Source: Acidobacteriota bacterium
Lineage (GTDB): Bacteria; Acidobacteriota; Thermoanaerobaculia; UBA5066; Gp7-AA6
Length of the DNA: 40,814 nucleotides
Assembly: GCA_003222385.1 (NCBI GenBank)
Contig: QHVV01000080.1
Coordinates: 20,129-60,942 of the forward strand
Direction: 5' to 3'
Position numbers and translations under genes: made by a program. Positions 26,761 through 38,097 of this stretch are shown here, in pieces. Within the stretch, counting starts at the first letter, position 1. Each line of letters opens with the position of its first letter. A model generated the notes under the pieces. It did no database searches and was not told the origin of the DNA. It saw nothing but the letters and a program-made list of their open reading frames with translations.

Positions 26761-28082
26761 CCGGCCTCGCCCGGGGTTCTTCGCCGCGTGAAGAACCGGT
26801 AGACCGGGAGACCCGTCGCGAGAAGGACGACGCCGACCAGCGACCGGCCGGGACTCGATCGAATCGCGCCGGCGACGACGACCGCGGCGGCCAGCACGAA
26901 GAGCGCCGGAATGACCGGATACCCCGGTGTGCGAAAGGCGCCGGGCTCCCGGCTCGCGACCGGGAGGCGCCGGCGGAACACGAAGATCGCGGCTCCTGTC
27001 AGCCCGAAGAAGATCCAGTCGCCGAAAACGACCGAATCGACGAGCTCAGCGAAGGTCCCGGTCAGCGCGAGGAGGATTCCCCATCCCGCCTGGAGGAGGA
27101 TCGCGAGCGCCGGTGTCTGGAACTTCGGATGCAGGCGCGCGAGGCCGGGCAGGAACACCCCGTCGCGGCCCATCGCGAAATAGATGCGCGTCTGGGCGAG
27201 CAGCGTCAGATCGAGGAACCCGAACGCGGAGATCGCGATCGCCGCCGCGACCAGCCGGTCCGCCCCCGGTCCGTAGATCCGGCGGAGAGCGTCGGCGGCC
27301 GGCGTCCCTGTGGCCGCCAGGCCGGGGCGCGACAGCACCTGCAGGTAGACGACGTTCGCGAGCATGTAGACGAGGATGACGATCGCCATTCCGGCCAAGA
27401 GCGCGATCGGAAGCGTGCGGCGTGGCTCCCGGGTCTCCTCGGCGACCAGGTTGACGCTCTGCCATCCGCCGTAGGCGAAGAGGATGGGGACGAGGGCCGC
27501 GCCGAGACCGAGCCAGGCGGAAGTGGGGGCGGGCCCGGATGGCGCCGGTCCGTTGGAAGAGGCTCGGGGAAGGAGCAGTCCGCCCAGGATCAGGGCCCCG
27601 AGCGCCCCCATCTTCGAGATGACCAGGACGTTCAGCAGCCGGCTGCCGGGCTTCGCCCCGAGCACATTGACGGCGGCCACGACGGTGATCGCCGCGGCGC
27701 TCCACGCGGCCGCGTTCGAAGCGTCGCGGCCCATCCACGTCAGAGCGTAGTGCGCGAACGTGACCGCGACCGCGGCGAGGCCGCCCCCCTGGATCATCAG
27801 GAGCGAAGCCCAGCCGAACAGGAACGCGACCAGCGGATGGTACGCCTCGCGCAGATAGGCGTACTCCCCGCCGGCCTGCGGGAAGAGCGCCGCGAGCTCC
27901 GCGAACGCGAACGCTCCTGCGAGCGCGATCCCTCCGCCGACGAGCCACGCCGCGAGAACGAGAGCGGAGGTCGGGAGCCGCTGCGCAACGACCGCCGGGA
28001 CGACGAAGATGCCGGAGCCGATGATGCCGCCGACGACGACCATCGTCGCGTCGAAGGGACCGAGCGCGCGTTTGAGCGACAT
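26757..28082 (-). CDS. APC family amino acid permease
   Basis: GGIIGSGIF, ELAA..P.AGGEY.YL and FAYGGW motifs; about 12 TM helices. Confidence 0.93.
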   Translation of the reverse strand: MSLKRALGPFDATMVVVGGIIGSGIFVVPAVVAQRLPTSALVLAAWLVGGGIALAGAFAFAELAALFPQAGGEYAYLREAYHPLVAFLFGWASLLMIQGGGLAAVAVTFAHYALTWMGRDASNAAAWSAAAITVVAAVNVLGAKPGSRLLNVLVISKMGALGALILGGLLLPRASSNGPAPSGPAPTSAWLGLGAALVPILFAYGGWQSVNLVAEETREPRRTLPIALLAGMAIVILVYMLANVVYLQVLSRPGLAATGTPAADALRRIYGPGADRLVAAAIAISAFGFLDLTLLAQTRIYFAMGRDGVFLPGLARLHPKFQTPALAILLQAGWGILLALTGTFAELVDSVVFGDWIFFGLTGAAIFVFRRRLPVASREPGAFRTPGYPVIPALFVLAAAVVVAGAIRSSPGRSLVGVVLLATGLPVYRFFTRRRTPGEAG

Positions 28083-28132
28083 CCGTCTGGCGAAGCCTAG
28101 GGTCTTCCAAACTCCCGTACAATCGGTCTTCG

Positions 28133-31100
28133 ATGCCCGCCGACTTCGTCCATCTCCATCTCCACACGCAGTATTCGCTTCTCGACGGCGCCAACCGGCT
28201 GGGAGAGCTGTGCCGCCGCATCCGCGAGCTCGAGATGCCGGCGGTCGCCGTGACCGATCACGGCAACATGTTCGGGGCGTTTTCCTTCTACCACGAGGCT
28301 CTCAAGCAGGGCGTCCGGCCGATCCTGGGCGTCGAGGCGTATATCGCGCCGGCGGACCGGCGCGACCGCGAAGCGCAGGCGTCGAGCGAGTCGGGCGACG
28401 GGTACGCGTATCACCTGACGATCCTGGCCGCGACCCAGACGGGTTACCGGAATCTCGTCCGTCTCGTGTCCGAAGCCTATCTCTCGGGTTTCTACCACCG
28501 CCCGCGCATGGACAAGGCCCTCCTGCGGGAGAACGCGGAGGGCCTGATCGGCCTGTCCGGGTGCTTGAAGGGTGAGGTCGCAGGAGCCCTGTCCCGCGGC
28601 AACCGGGGCGCGGCGGCGAGGGCGGTCCGCGAGTACCAGGAGATCTTCGGCAAAGACAATTTCTTCATCGAGCTGATGGACCACGGGCTGCCGAAGCAGA
28701 CCGAGATCCTCCCCGATCTCCTGCTTCTCTCGGGCGAAACCGGGGCTCCGGTCGTCGCGACGAACGACGCCCACTATCTGCGGCGCGATGACGCGTTCGC
28801 GCACGAGGTGCTGCTCTGCATCGGCATGGGCAAGACCCTCGAGGACGAGCGGCGGATGCGCTTCTACAACGACGAGTTCTACGTCAAGAGCGCAGACGAG
28901 ATGCGCGAGCGGTTCCGGCGCTGGTCCGAGGAATCCCTGACGAACACGGTCGCGGTCGCGGAGCGCTGTGGCGTGACGTTCGACACCGAGGGACTCCACC
29001 TTCCGAGCTTTCCGGCTCCGGACGGGAAGACGCCGGGGGAGCACTTCGCGGATCTCGCGCGCGAGGGGCTCGAACACCGCCTCGCGGGCCTTCAGCCCTT
29101 TTTCGCGGCCGGAAAGATCCCGAACCCGCCGGAGAAATACCGGGAGAGGCTCGAGTACGAAATCGGCGTCATCGAGAAGATGGGATTCCCCTCCTACTTC
29201 CTGATCGTCTCCGACTTCATCCGGCAGGCCCGGGAGAGCGGCATTTCGGTGGGGCCCGGTCGCGGCAGCGCGGCCGGCTCCATCGTCGCATGGTCGCTCA
29301 GGATCACAGAGATCGATCCGCTCCGCTACGACCTCCTCTTCGAAAGGTTCCTGAACCCCGAACGGATCTCGATGCCCGACATCGACATCGACTTCTGCCA
29401 GGCGCGCCGCGCCGAGGTGATCGAGTACGTCACGAGGAAGTACGGCCGTGAGAACGTCGCGCAGATCGTGACGTTCTCGCAGCTGAAGCCGAAGCTCGCC
29501 GTCCGCGACGTCGCACGGGTGCTTTCGCTCCCGGTCGCGATCGGCGACCGCATCGCGAAGCTCATCCCGGACGGCATCGACGTGAACTTCGAACGGGCCC
29601 TGAAAGAGTCGGCGCCGCTGCGGGAAGCCATCCAGGCGGACGAGTCGGTCGCGAAGGTCGTTCGGATCGCGGAACGGCTGGAGGGCCTCTCGCGGCACGC
29701 CGGGATGCATGCGGCGGGCGTCGTCATCGCGCCCCGGCCGATCACCGACTACCTCCCGCTCTACCGCACCAACACGGGCGACGTGACGACCCAGTTCGAC
29801 ATGAACGCGGTCGAGAAGATGGGCCTCTTGAAGATCGACTTCCTCGGCCTGATCACGCTCGACGTCATGGACGCGGCCGTGGCGGGCATCCGGGAGCGAA
29901 CGGGGGACGTCGTCGAGCTCGATCGCATCCCGCTGAACGACGAGAAGACGTTCGAGCTCTTCCGGTCGGGCAAGACCGCGTGCGTGTTCCAGTTCGACTC
30001 GTCCGGCATGCGGGATCTCCTGCGGCGCGCGAAGCCCAAGGTGTTCTCGGATCTCGCGCTCCTGAACGCTCTCTACCGGCCGGGCGCGCTCGACGTCGGG
30101 ATGGTCGAGGAGTACGTCCGTCGGCGCAACGGAACCCGGAAGGTTACCTATCCGCTGCCGGAGATCGAGGACATCCTCAAGGAGACGCTCGGGATCCTCG
30201 TCTACCAGGAGCAGGTCATGTTGATCGCCTCGCGGATCGCGGGCTACTCGCTCGCCGAGGCGGATCTCCTGCGGAAGGCGATCGGCAAGAAGAAGCGCGA
30301 GATCATGGCCGCGGAACGGGAGAAGTTCCTGGGCCGGGCCGCCGAGCACGGCACGACGAAGGACAAGGCGAAAGAGCTCTGGGCTCTGATCGAGCCGTTC
30401 GAGCGCTACGGCTTCAACAAGTCTCACGCCGTGGCGTACGCGCTGGTCGCCTACAAGACCGCTTACCTCAAGGCCCACTACCCGGTGGACTTCCTGGCCG
30501 CCGCGCTCTCCGCGGAAATCGGCTCGACCGACGGGATCGTCAAGGTGATCGGAGACTGCGTCGAGATGGGGATCCCGGTGCTGCCACCGGACATCAACGA
30601 ATCTTCCAAGAATTTCGCGGCGGTTTCTTCCGCGATTCGTTTCGGTCTCGCCGCGATCAAGGGAGTCGGGGACCAGGCGGCGGAGTCGATCCTCGAGGAG
30701 CGGCGCAGCCGGCCGTTCGCCTCGTTCAGCGACCTGGCCGATCGGCTGGACCTGCGCGTCGTCAACAAGCGCACCCTCGACGCCTTGATCTGCGCCGGGG
30801 CGCTCGACTCGCTCGGCCGGAACCGCGCGACGCTCGCCGCCAATTCGGAAAAGGTCGTCGCGATGGCCGCGCGGCGGCGGGAGGAAGTCGAGCTCGGTCA
30901 GTCCAACCTGTTCGGCGCGGGGGAGGACGAAGACTTTCCCTCCGACCAGTTCTCCGAAGAGCCGGAGTGGTCGCTCGAAGAAAAGCTCCGTCGGGAAAAA
31001 GACGTTCTGGGGTTCTACGTCACGGGGCATCCGCTCACGAAGTACCTGGAAGAAGTCGACCGGTTCGCCGACGTCCGCGTCCAGGATCTGCCGTCCCGCG

Positions 31101-31621
31101 TCGACCAGACCGTGCGGATCGCCGGCGTGCTCGTCAACGTCAAGAAGCAGAAGATCAAGAAAGGCGTCAACGAAGGCAAGACGATGTTGAAGGCGACGCT
31201 CGAGGACACGACGGGCGGCGTGGCGGTCTGCGTCTTCGCCAACCTCTACGAGAGAGTCGCCTCCTGGATCCGCGCCGACCTGCCGGTCCTCGCGACCGCC
31301 GTCGTCCGCGAGTCCGGCGGCGCTCTCGAGCTGACGGTCTCGGACGTGGCGCCGCTCGAGGGGATCCGGGAGCGGCTCGCCCGCGAGATGGAAATCCGCA
31401 TCAACCTGACGCTCGCCGACGAAAAACTCATGGGCAGGTTGAAGGAGCTCCTGAAGCTGCACTCCGGCACCACGCCGCTCGCGCTGCGTCTCATCCGACC
31501 CGGCGATTTCGAGGTGAAGCTGAAGGCGGCGGATTCCATACGCGTCACGCCCTCGCCCAGACTGACCGGAGAGGTGCGGGCGTTGACGGGCGAGGACTCC
31601 GTCCGCTTCCACTTCGAGTGA
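28133..31621 (+). CDS. dnaE: DNA polymerase III alpha subunit
   Basis: PHP domain HLHLHTQYSLLDG and TDHGN; GRGSAAGS, PDIDIDF and YGFNKSH; no intein seen. Confidence 0.98.
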   Translation: MPADFVHLHLHTQYSLLDGANRLGELCRRIRELEMPAVAVTDHGNMFGAFSFYHEALKQGVRPILGVEAYIAPADRRDREAQASSESGDGYAYHLTILAATQTGYRNLVRLVSEAYLSGFYHRPRMDKALLRENAEGLIGLSGCLKGEVAGALSRGNRGAAARAVREYQEIFGKDNFFIELMDHGLPKQTEILPDLLLLSGETGAPVVATNDAHYLRRDDAFAHEVLLCIGMGKTLEDERRMRFYNDEFYVKSADEMRERFRRWSEESLTNTVAVAERCGVTFDTEGLHLPSFPAPDGKTPGEHFADLAREGLEHRLAGLQPFFAAGKIPNPPEKYRERLEYEIGVIEKMGFPSYFLIVSDFIRQARESGISVGPGRGSAAGSIVAWSLRITEIDPLRYDLLFERFLNPERISMPDIDIDFCQARRAEVIEYVTRKYGRENVAQIVTFSQLKPKLAVRDVARVLSLPVAIGDRIAKLIPDGIDVNFERALKESAPLREAIQADESVAKVVRIAERLEGLSRHAGMHAAGVVIAPRPITDYLPLYRTNTGDVTTQFDMNAVEKMGLLKIDFLGLITLDVMDAAVAGIRERTGDVVELDRIPLNDEKTFELFRSGKTACVFQFDSSGMRDLLRRAKPKVFSDLALLNALYRPGALDVGMVEEYVRRRNGTRKVTYPLPEIEDILKETLGILVYQEQVMLIASRIAGYSLAEADLLRKAIGKKKREIMAAEREKFLGRAAEHGTTKDKAKELWALIEPFERYGFNKSHAVAYALVAYKTAYLKAHYPVDFLAAALSAEIGSTDGIVKVIGDCVEMGIPVLPPDINESSKNFAAVSSAIRFGLAAIKGVGDQAAESILEERRSRPFASFSDLADRLDLRVVNKRTLDALICAGALDSLGRNRATLAANSEKVVAMAARRREEVELGQSNLFGAGEDEDFPSDQFSEEPEWSLEEKLRREKDVLGFYVTGHPLTKYLEEVDRFADVRVQDLPSRVDQTVRIAGVLVNVKKQKIKKGVNEGKTMLKATLEDTTGGVAVCVFANLYERVASWIRADLPVLATAVVRESGGALELTVSDVAPLEGIRERLAREMEIRINLTLADEKLMGRLKELLKLHSGTTPLALRLIRPGDFEVKLKAADSIRVTPSPRLTGEVRALTGEDSVRFHFE

Positions 31622-32856
31622 CCCGGCCGCCGGTCGGCGCGCTTCCTCCCGATGTCCTCCGGCGGATCGCGCCGGTCCGGAAGCTCGCCCTCGAGACCGG
31701 GACGACCCTCTACCTCGTGGGTGGCGCGGTGCGGGATCTCCTTCTCGGCCGCGCGATCACGGACCTCGACCTCGTCGTCGAAGCCGACGCGGTCGTCTTC
31801 GCGCGCCGGCTCGCGCATGATCTCCATGCCGCCGTCGAGACCCACCGCCGCTTCGGTACCGCGGTATTGCGGCTTCCGGAGGGGGAGCGTCTCGACGTCG
31901 CGACGGCGCGGGCCGAGGACTACGAAACGCCGGGCGCGCTGCCGAGAGTCCGCGCCGGTTCCATCGACGACGACCTCGCGCGGCGGGACTTCACGGTCAA
32001 CGCGATGGCGATGCGAATCGGCCGATCGAACCGACCGGATTTCCTGGATCCGTTCGGAGGACGGAGGGATCTTCGAGCGAGGCTCGTGCGCGCCCTCCAT
32101 CCGCGATCGTTCTTCGACGACCCGACCCGCGCCTTTCGGGCCGTCCGCTATGCGAACCGGCTCGGTTTCCTAATCGAGCGGTCGACCCGCGCCGCGATCC
32201 GCGCCGCGGTCGCGGCCGGCGCGGTGGACCGGATCTCGGGCGACCGGCTCCGACGGGAGATCGTCCTTCTCTTCGCGGAGCCGGACCGGGCCGCCGCCGT
32301 CTCCGAAATGGCGGCCCTGGGTCTTTCCCGGACCATCCATCCCGCTCTCGCGTCCGACCAGGGCGTCGCCCGGCGACTGCGCCGCGCCGAGCGCATCGCG
32401 ACGCAAACCGGCCGGAACGGGAGCTGGCTCGTGTACCTTCTGTCCTGGATGGGGGACCTCCCGACCGACGCCGCCGCCGCGGTCGCGCGCCGGCTGAACC
32501 TTTCGACCGCCCCGGCGAAGGCCGTCCGCGGCTGGCCGATGGCGCGGAAATCGCTCGGCGAATCGGCTGATTTGGGCGCCGCCCGGCTCGCCGAGCGGAT
32601 CGAGGCGCTCGACGACGACTCCGTGGTCGCGGCCGCCGCGGAGGCGTCGGCGCCGCTCGCCCGCCGGATCCTTTCGATCGCGGAAGCTGCTCCGCAGTTT
32701 CGGCTCACGATTCGCGGCCAGGATCTGGTGGCGGCCGGGATTCCGCCGGGTCCCGCGATCGGCCGCGCGCTGTCGGCGACGCTCTCGGCCCGACAGGACG
32801 GCGCGATTCAGCCGGAGCAGGAGCTGGCGTTCGCACTGAAGGCCGCCCGGTCGTGA
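31618..32856 (+). CDS. class II tRNA nucleotidyltransferase (CCA- or A-adding)
   Basis: LVGGAVRD, DLD, FGTA, DVATAR.E.Y, DLARRDFTVNAMA and SFFDDPTR; GTG start overlaps the dnaE stop. Confidence 0.9.
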   Translation: MTRPPVGALPPDVLRRIAPVRKLALETGTTLYLVGGAVRDLLLGRAITDLDLVVEADAVVFARRLAHDLHAAVETHRRFGTAVLRLPEGERLDVATARAEDYETPGALPRVRAGSIDDDLARRDFTVNAMAMRIGRSNRPDFLDPFGGRRDLRARLVRALHPRSFFDDPTRAFRAVRYANRLGFLIERSTRAAIRAAVAAGAVDRISGDRLRREIVLLFAEPDRAAAVSEMAALGLSRTIHPALASDQGVARRLRRAERIATQTGRNGSWLVYLLSWMGDLPTDAAAAVARRLNLSTAPAKAVRGWPMARKSLGESADLGAARLAERIEALDDDSVVAAAAEASAPLARRILSIAEAAPQFRLTIRGQDLVAAGIPPGPAIGRALSATLSARQDGAIQPEQELAFALKAARS

Positions 32857-33485
32857 CGGCGGTCGTTGCGCTCCTTCTCTTGAGTGCCCGTTCGACGCCG
32901 GCTCCCGGGGCCGTGCCCTCGAAGTCGACTTTCTGCGTGGAATGGGTGCGGCAGTCGCGCGAAGGCTACGAACGGATGACGCTCTTCTCCGACCGGACGG
33001 TCGTGTGGAAGACCTCGGATGCACGAGGGGAGGAGGTCCGCCGCAAGACCGTCTCTCCCGAGGAGCTCGCGTTCTACTGCTCGTACTTCTCTCGCCGCGA
33101 GTTCTGGGAGTTGCCGGACGATCTACGCAGCGGCCTGGGAAGCGAGTTCGCGGGAAAGTCTTCGGTGACGCTCGCGCGCTCCGACGGGTTTCAAAAGCGC
33201 GTTCGCTTCGACGACCTGTCCGCGCTTTCGGCGGACGCCGGCGGCCTCCGCGCCGCGCTCGACGGGCTGAAGACGATCTTCACCAACCCCCTCGCGCCGG
33301 CTTCGCGATTTACCCCAGACGTGCTGGCCCCCGGAACGCTCCTGAAGCGCTTCGACGGAGCGGTCTTCCGCGTCCGGAGGCTCGAGAAGGAAAAAGGGTT
33401 CGTCGAGATCGTCGGGGTGATCGAGCCGTACTCGCAGTTCGTGAAGATCGAGGAGCTCCGGTACCAGTTCTCGCCGCCGGAGTGA
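32853..33485 (+). CDS. hypothetical secreted protein
   Basis: Signal-like N-terminus; 4-bp overlaps with both neighbours. Confidence 0.7.
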   Translation: MTAVVALLLLSARSTPAPGAVPSKSTFCVEWVRQSREGYERMTLFSDRTVVWKTSDARGEEVRRKTVSPEELAFYCSYFSRREFWELPDDLRSGLGSEFAGKSSVTLARSDGFQKRVRFDDLSALSADAGGLRAALDGLKTIFTNPLAPASRFTPDVLAPGTLLKRFDGAVFRVRRLEKEKGFVEIVGVIEPYSQFVKIEELRYQFSPPE

Positions 33486-34033
33486 AGCCTCCTTCCGCGG
33501 TCCGCATCGTGGCCGGCCGCTGGAAGGGGAGGAGACTGGTCGTTCCGCGGGGCGCCCGGCCGACTTCGGGTCGCGCCCGCGAGGCCCTCTTCGACATCCT
33601 GCAGGACTCGGTCGCCGGGATCCGCGTGCTCGACCTCTTCGCGGGAAGTGGCGCGATCGGACTGGAGGCCCTCTCGCGGGGGGCCTCGGAGGTCGTATTC
33701 GTCGAGAGCGACCGGGACGCCCTCGAAACGAACCTCGTCCGGCTGGCAGCGCGCGAAGGAGAGGTCCGGGTCCTCGCGAAAGACGCGCGGGCCGCCGCGA
33801 CCGATCTCGCGCGCGCGGGGGAGCGGTTCGACCTCGTGTTCGCCGATCCGCCCTACGGTCGGGGAAACGCCGGTCTCCCGCGATCGATCGCAGACCTGGT
33901 CGCCGCGGGAGGCAGACTCGTTCTCCAGACCGACTCGGACGAATCGCCCCCGGAGGTCCGCGGCCTCGAAGTCGTGTCGAGGAGGGCGTACGCGCGCAAC
34001 GTTTTCTGGTTCCTGGCGCGAACCGGCGGCTGA
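33482..34033 (+). CDS. rsmD: 16S rRNA m2G966 methyltransferase
   Basis: [39 protein letters not shown] and DPPY. Confidence 0.92.
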   Translation: MKPPSAVRIVAGRWKGRRLVVPRGARPTSGRAREALFDILQDSVAGIRVLDLFAGSGAIGLEALSRGASEVVFVESDRDALETNLVRLAAREGEVRVLAKDARAAATDLARAGERFDLVFADPPYGRGNAGLPRSIADLVAAGGRLVLQTDSDESPPEVRGLEVVSRRAYARNVFWFLARTGG

Positions 34034-34037
34034 GCCG

Positions 34038-34066
34038 TTGCTCTCGTCCGGCCGGAATGCTAGTCT
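34038..34066 (+). promoter_or_regulatory. sigma70-type promoter for metK-ahcY
   Basis: TTGCTC-17 nt-TAGTCT with an extended -10 TG; AAGGAG RBS at 34097-34102. Confidence 0.6.
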
Positions 34067-34109
34067 GCCGCGTTTTGATCCCGCCTCGACCCAAGCAAGG
34101 AGTGCGTTG

Positions 34110-36631
<2,522 letters not shown>

Positions 36632-36636
36632 GTCGG

Positions 36637-37515
36637 GTGCTGAAGACCTGCTCCCCGGCTTCGCCGCTCCCCGGAGAAGATCTCGCCGCCGAACTCGAGT
36701 CGGGCAAGATCCTCTTTTTCGCCGAGCCGCCGTTTCCGATCCCGGACCGCGAGCTCTTCAACGGCCTCGATCCGGGTCGCGCCCGTTTTCACAAGAACAT
36801 CGCTTACCGTCCCGCCAGCCGCCGCCTGACGGGGGCGTCCGGCATCCCGTCCGGTCAGCGGGCGCCTCTGCGATCGGCGCTGGAGCGATACTCGTCGAAC
36901 GCCGTCTCGTTCCTGGCCCGCCTCTTTCCACGCTACGCGCCGGCCTGGCGGATCGACTACGCGAGCTTCCGGCCGTTCGAGGAGGAGGGCCGCCCGCTGT
37001 CGCCGAAGGCGAGAAACGACCTGGTCCACGTGGACTCGTTTCCGAGCCGCCCGACCGAGGGCGACCGCATCCTCCGTTTCTTCACGAACGTCCACCGAGA
37101 GAAGCCGCGCGTGTGGATCTCGGGCGGGACGTTCGACCGTCTGGCGGAGCGGTACGCGGTCGCCTCGGGGATCCTCCCGCACGTCACGGCGATCCGGCCT
37201 CCGGGGGTGCTCGCCCGGGCTCTCGCCGCGGTCGGGTTGCGCAAGGGCATCCGGTCCCGGTACGACGAGTTCATGCTGCGCTTTCACGACTACCTGAAAG
37301 AGAACGAGGAACTGCAGGCGGAGGCGCGCCGGGAGCCGTTCTCCTTCCCGCCCGGATCGACGTGGATCGCCTACACCGACATGGTGAGTCACGGCGTCCT
37401 CTCCGGGCAGTCCGCCCTGGAGCAGACGATGATCATCTCGAAGAGCACGATGGCGCTCCCGGAGAAGGCGCCGATCGCGATCCTGGAACGGTTGTCCGGT
37501 GAGCCGCTCGCGTAG
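36637..37515 (+). CDS. Kdo hydroxylase family protein (KdoO-like Fe/2-oxoglutarate dioxygenase)
   Basis: LESGKILFF, KNIAY, HVDSFPSRPT.G.RILRFFTN, YDEFMLRFHD.LK and D.VSH...SGQ.ALEQT. Confidence 0.85.
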   Translation: MLKTCSPASPLPGEDLAAELESGKILFFAEPPFPIPDRELFNGLDPGRARFHKNIAYRPASRRLTGASGIPSGQRAPLRSALERYSSNAVSFLARLFPRYAPAWRIDYASFRPFEEEGRPLSPKARNDLVHVDSFPSRPTEGDRILRFFTNVHREKPRVWISGGTFDRLAERYAVASGILPHVTAIRPPGVLARALAAVGLRKGIRSRYDEFMLRFHDYLKENEELQAEARREPFSFPPGSTWIAYTDMVSHGVLSGQSALEQTMIISKSTMALPEKAPIAILERLSGEPLA

Positions 37516-37543
37516 CGCGACCGCCGCCGGCCGCGGAGGCTTC

Positions 37544-38077
37544 TCAGAGGTGGAAGCCGAGCCCGGCGTCGACGAAAGCGACGACCTGCCGCGGGTGGTA
37601 AGGGGCGTAGTGGACGTCGAGCTCGGTCCACACCGAGAAGTGCTTCCAGATCGGGAAGCCGCGGAGCAGCGAGACGTGCGGGCCCCAGCGGTGGTCGAAC
37701 GTGCGGTGGCCGCTTTCCGTGCGCGGCGGCGAAGCTTCCTCGAACCGGACGAACCCGATTGCAACGTCCGCCGGAAGAGAGGTCAACCTCCGGGTCAGGA
37801 CTCCGTCCAAGCCCAGATAGTCCAGATCGTCGTCCCCGACGCGGCGGGGCAGATTCTTTTCCCGCTCGAGCGACCCCTGGAGGTAGCGGATCCGGATCCG
37901 GTCGCCGGCGAACGTCACGGCGAGGGCACCGAACTTGTGACCTTCGACGTCGCGGTCGGCGCTCGCGAACAACGACCCGACGCCCCCTCCTCCCCAGAGC
38001 GAAACCGTCTCGGAGAGGGCGCGGGGACAGAGCGCCGTTGCGAGCAGAAGCGCGAGAGATGCGCTCCTCCGGTTCAC
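37544..38077 (-). CDS. small outer-membrane beta-barrel-like protein
   Basis: Signal peptide, alternating beta strands and C-terminal DAGLGFHL; GGA upstream of the GTG. Confidence 0.6.
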   Translation of the reverse strand: MNRRSASLALLLATALCPRALSETVSLWGGGGVGSLFASADRDVEGHKFGALAVTFAGDRIRIRYLQGSLEREKNLPRRVGDDDLDYLGLDGVLTRRLTSLPADVAIGFVRFEEASPPRTESGHRTFDHRWGPHVSLLRGFPIWKHFSVWTELDVHYAPYHPRQVVAFVDAGLGFHL

Positions 38078-38097
38078 TCCGCCGATTCTCTCACCGG

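Noticed and set aside
28097-31612. 1171-aa antisense ORF opposite dnaE, and similar long shadow ORFs (6626-9112, 8368-10269, 22494-24293, 33123-35261)
   Set aside because: They mirror real genes on the other strand and have no motifs. Stop-poor antisense frames are expected from high-GC codon bias.
34034-34109. SAM or SAH riboswitch upstream of metK-ahcY
   Set aside because: Only about 37 nt of leader remain after the predicted promoter, and no SAM-I, SAM-II, SAM-SAH or SAH consensus is recognisable by eye. An Rfam scan would settle it.
36641-36656. TGAAGACCTGCTCCCC resembling the right end of the 93-bp element
   Set aside because: It is inside the start of the KdoO-like CDS and has no matching left end or internal hairpin; probably chance.
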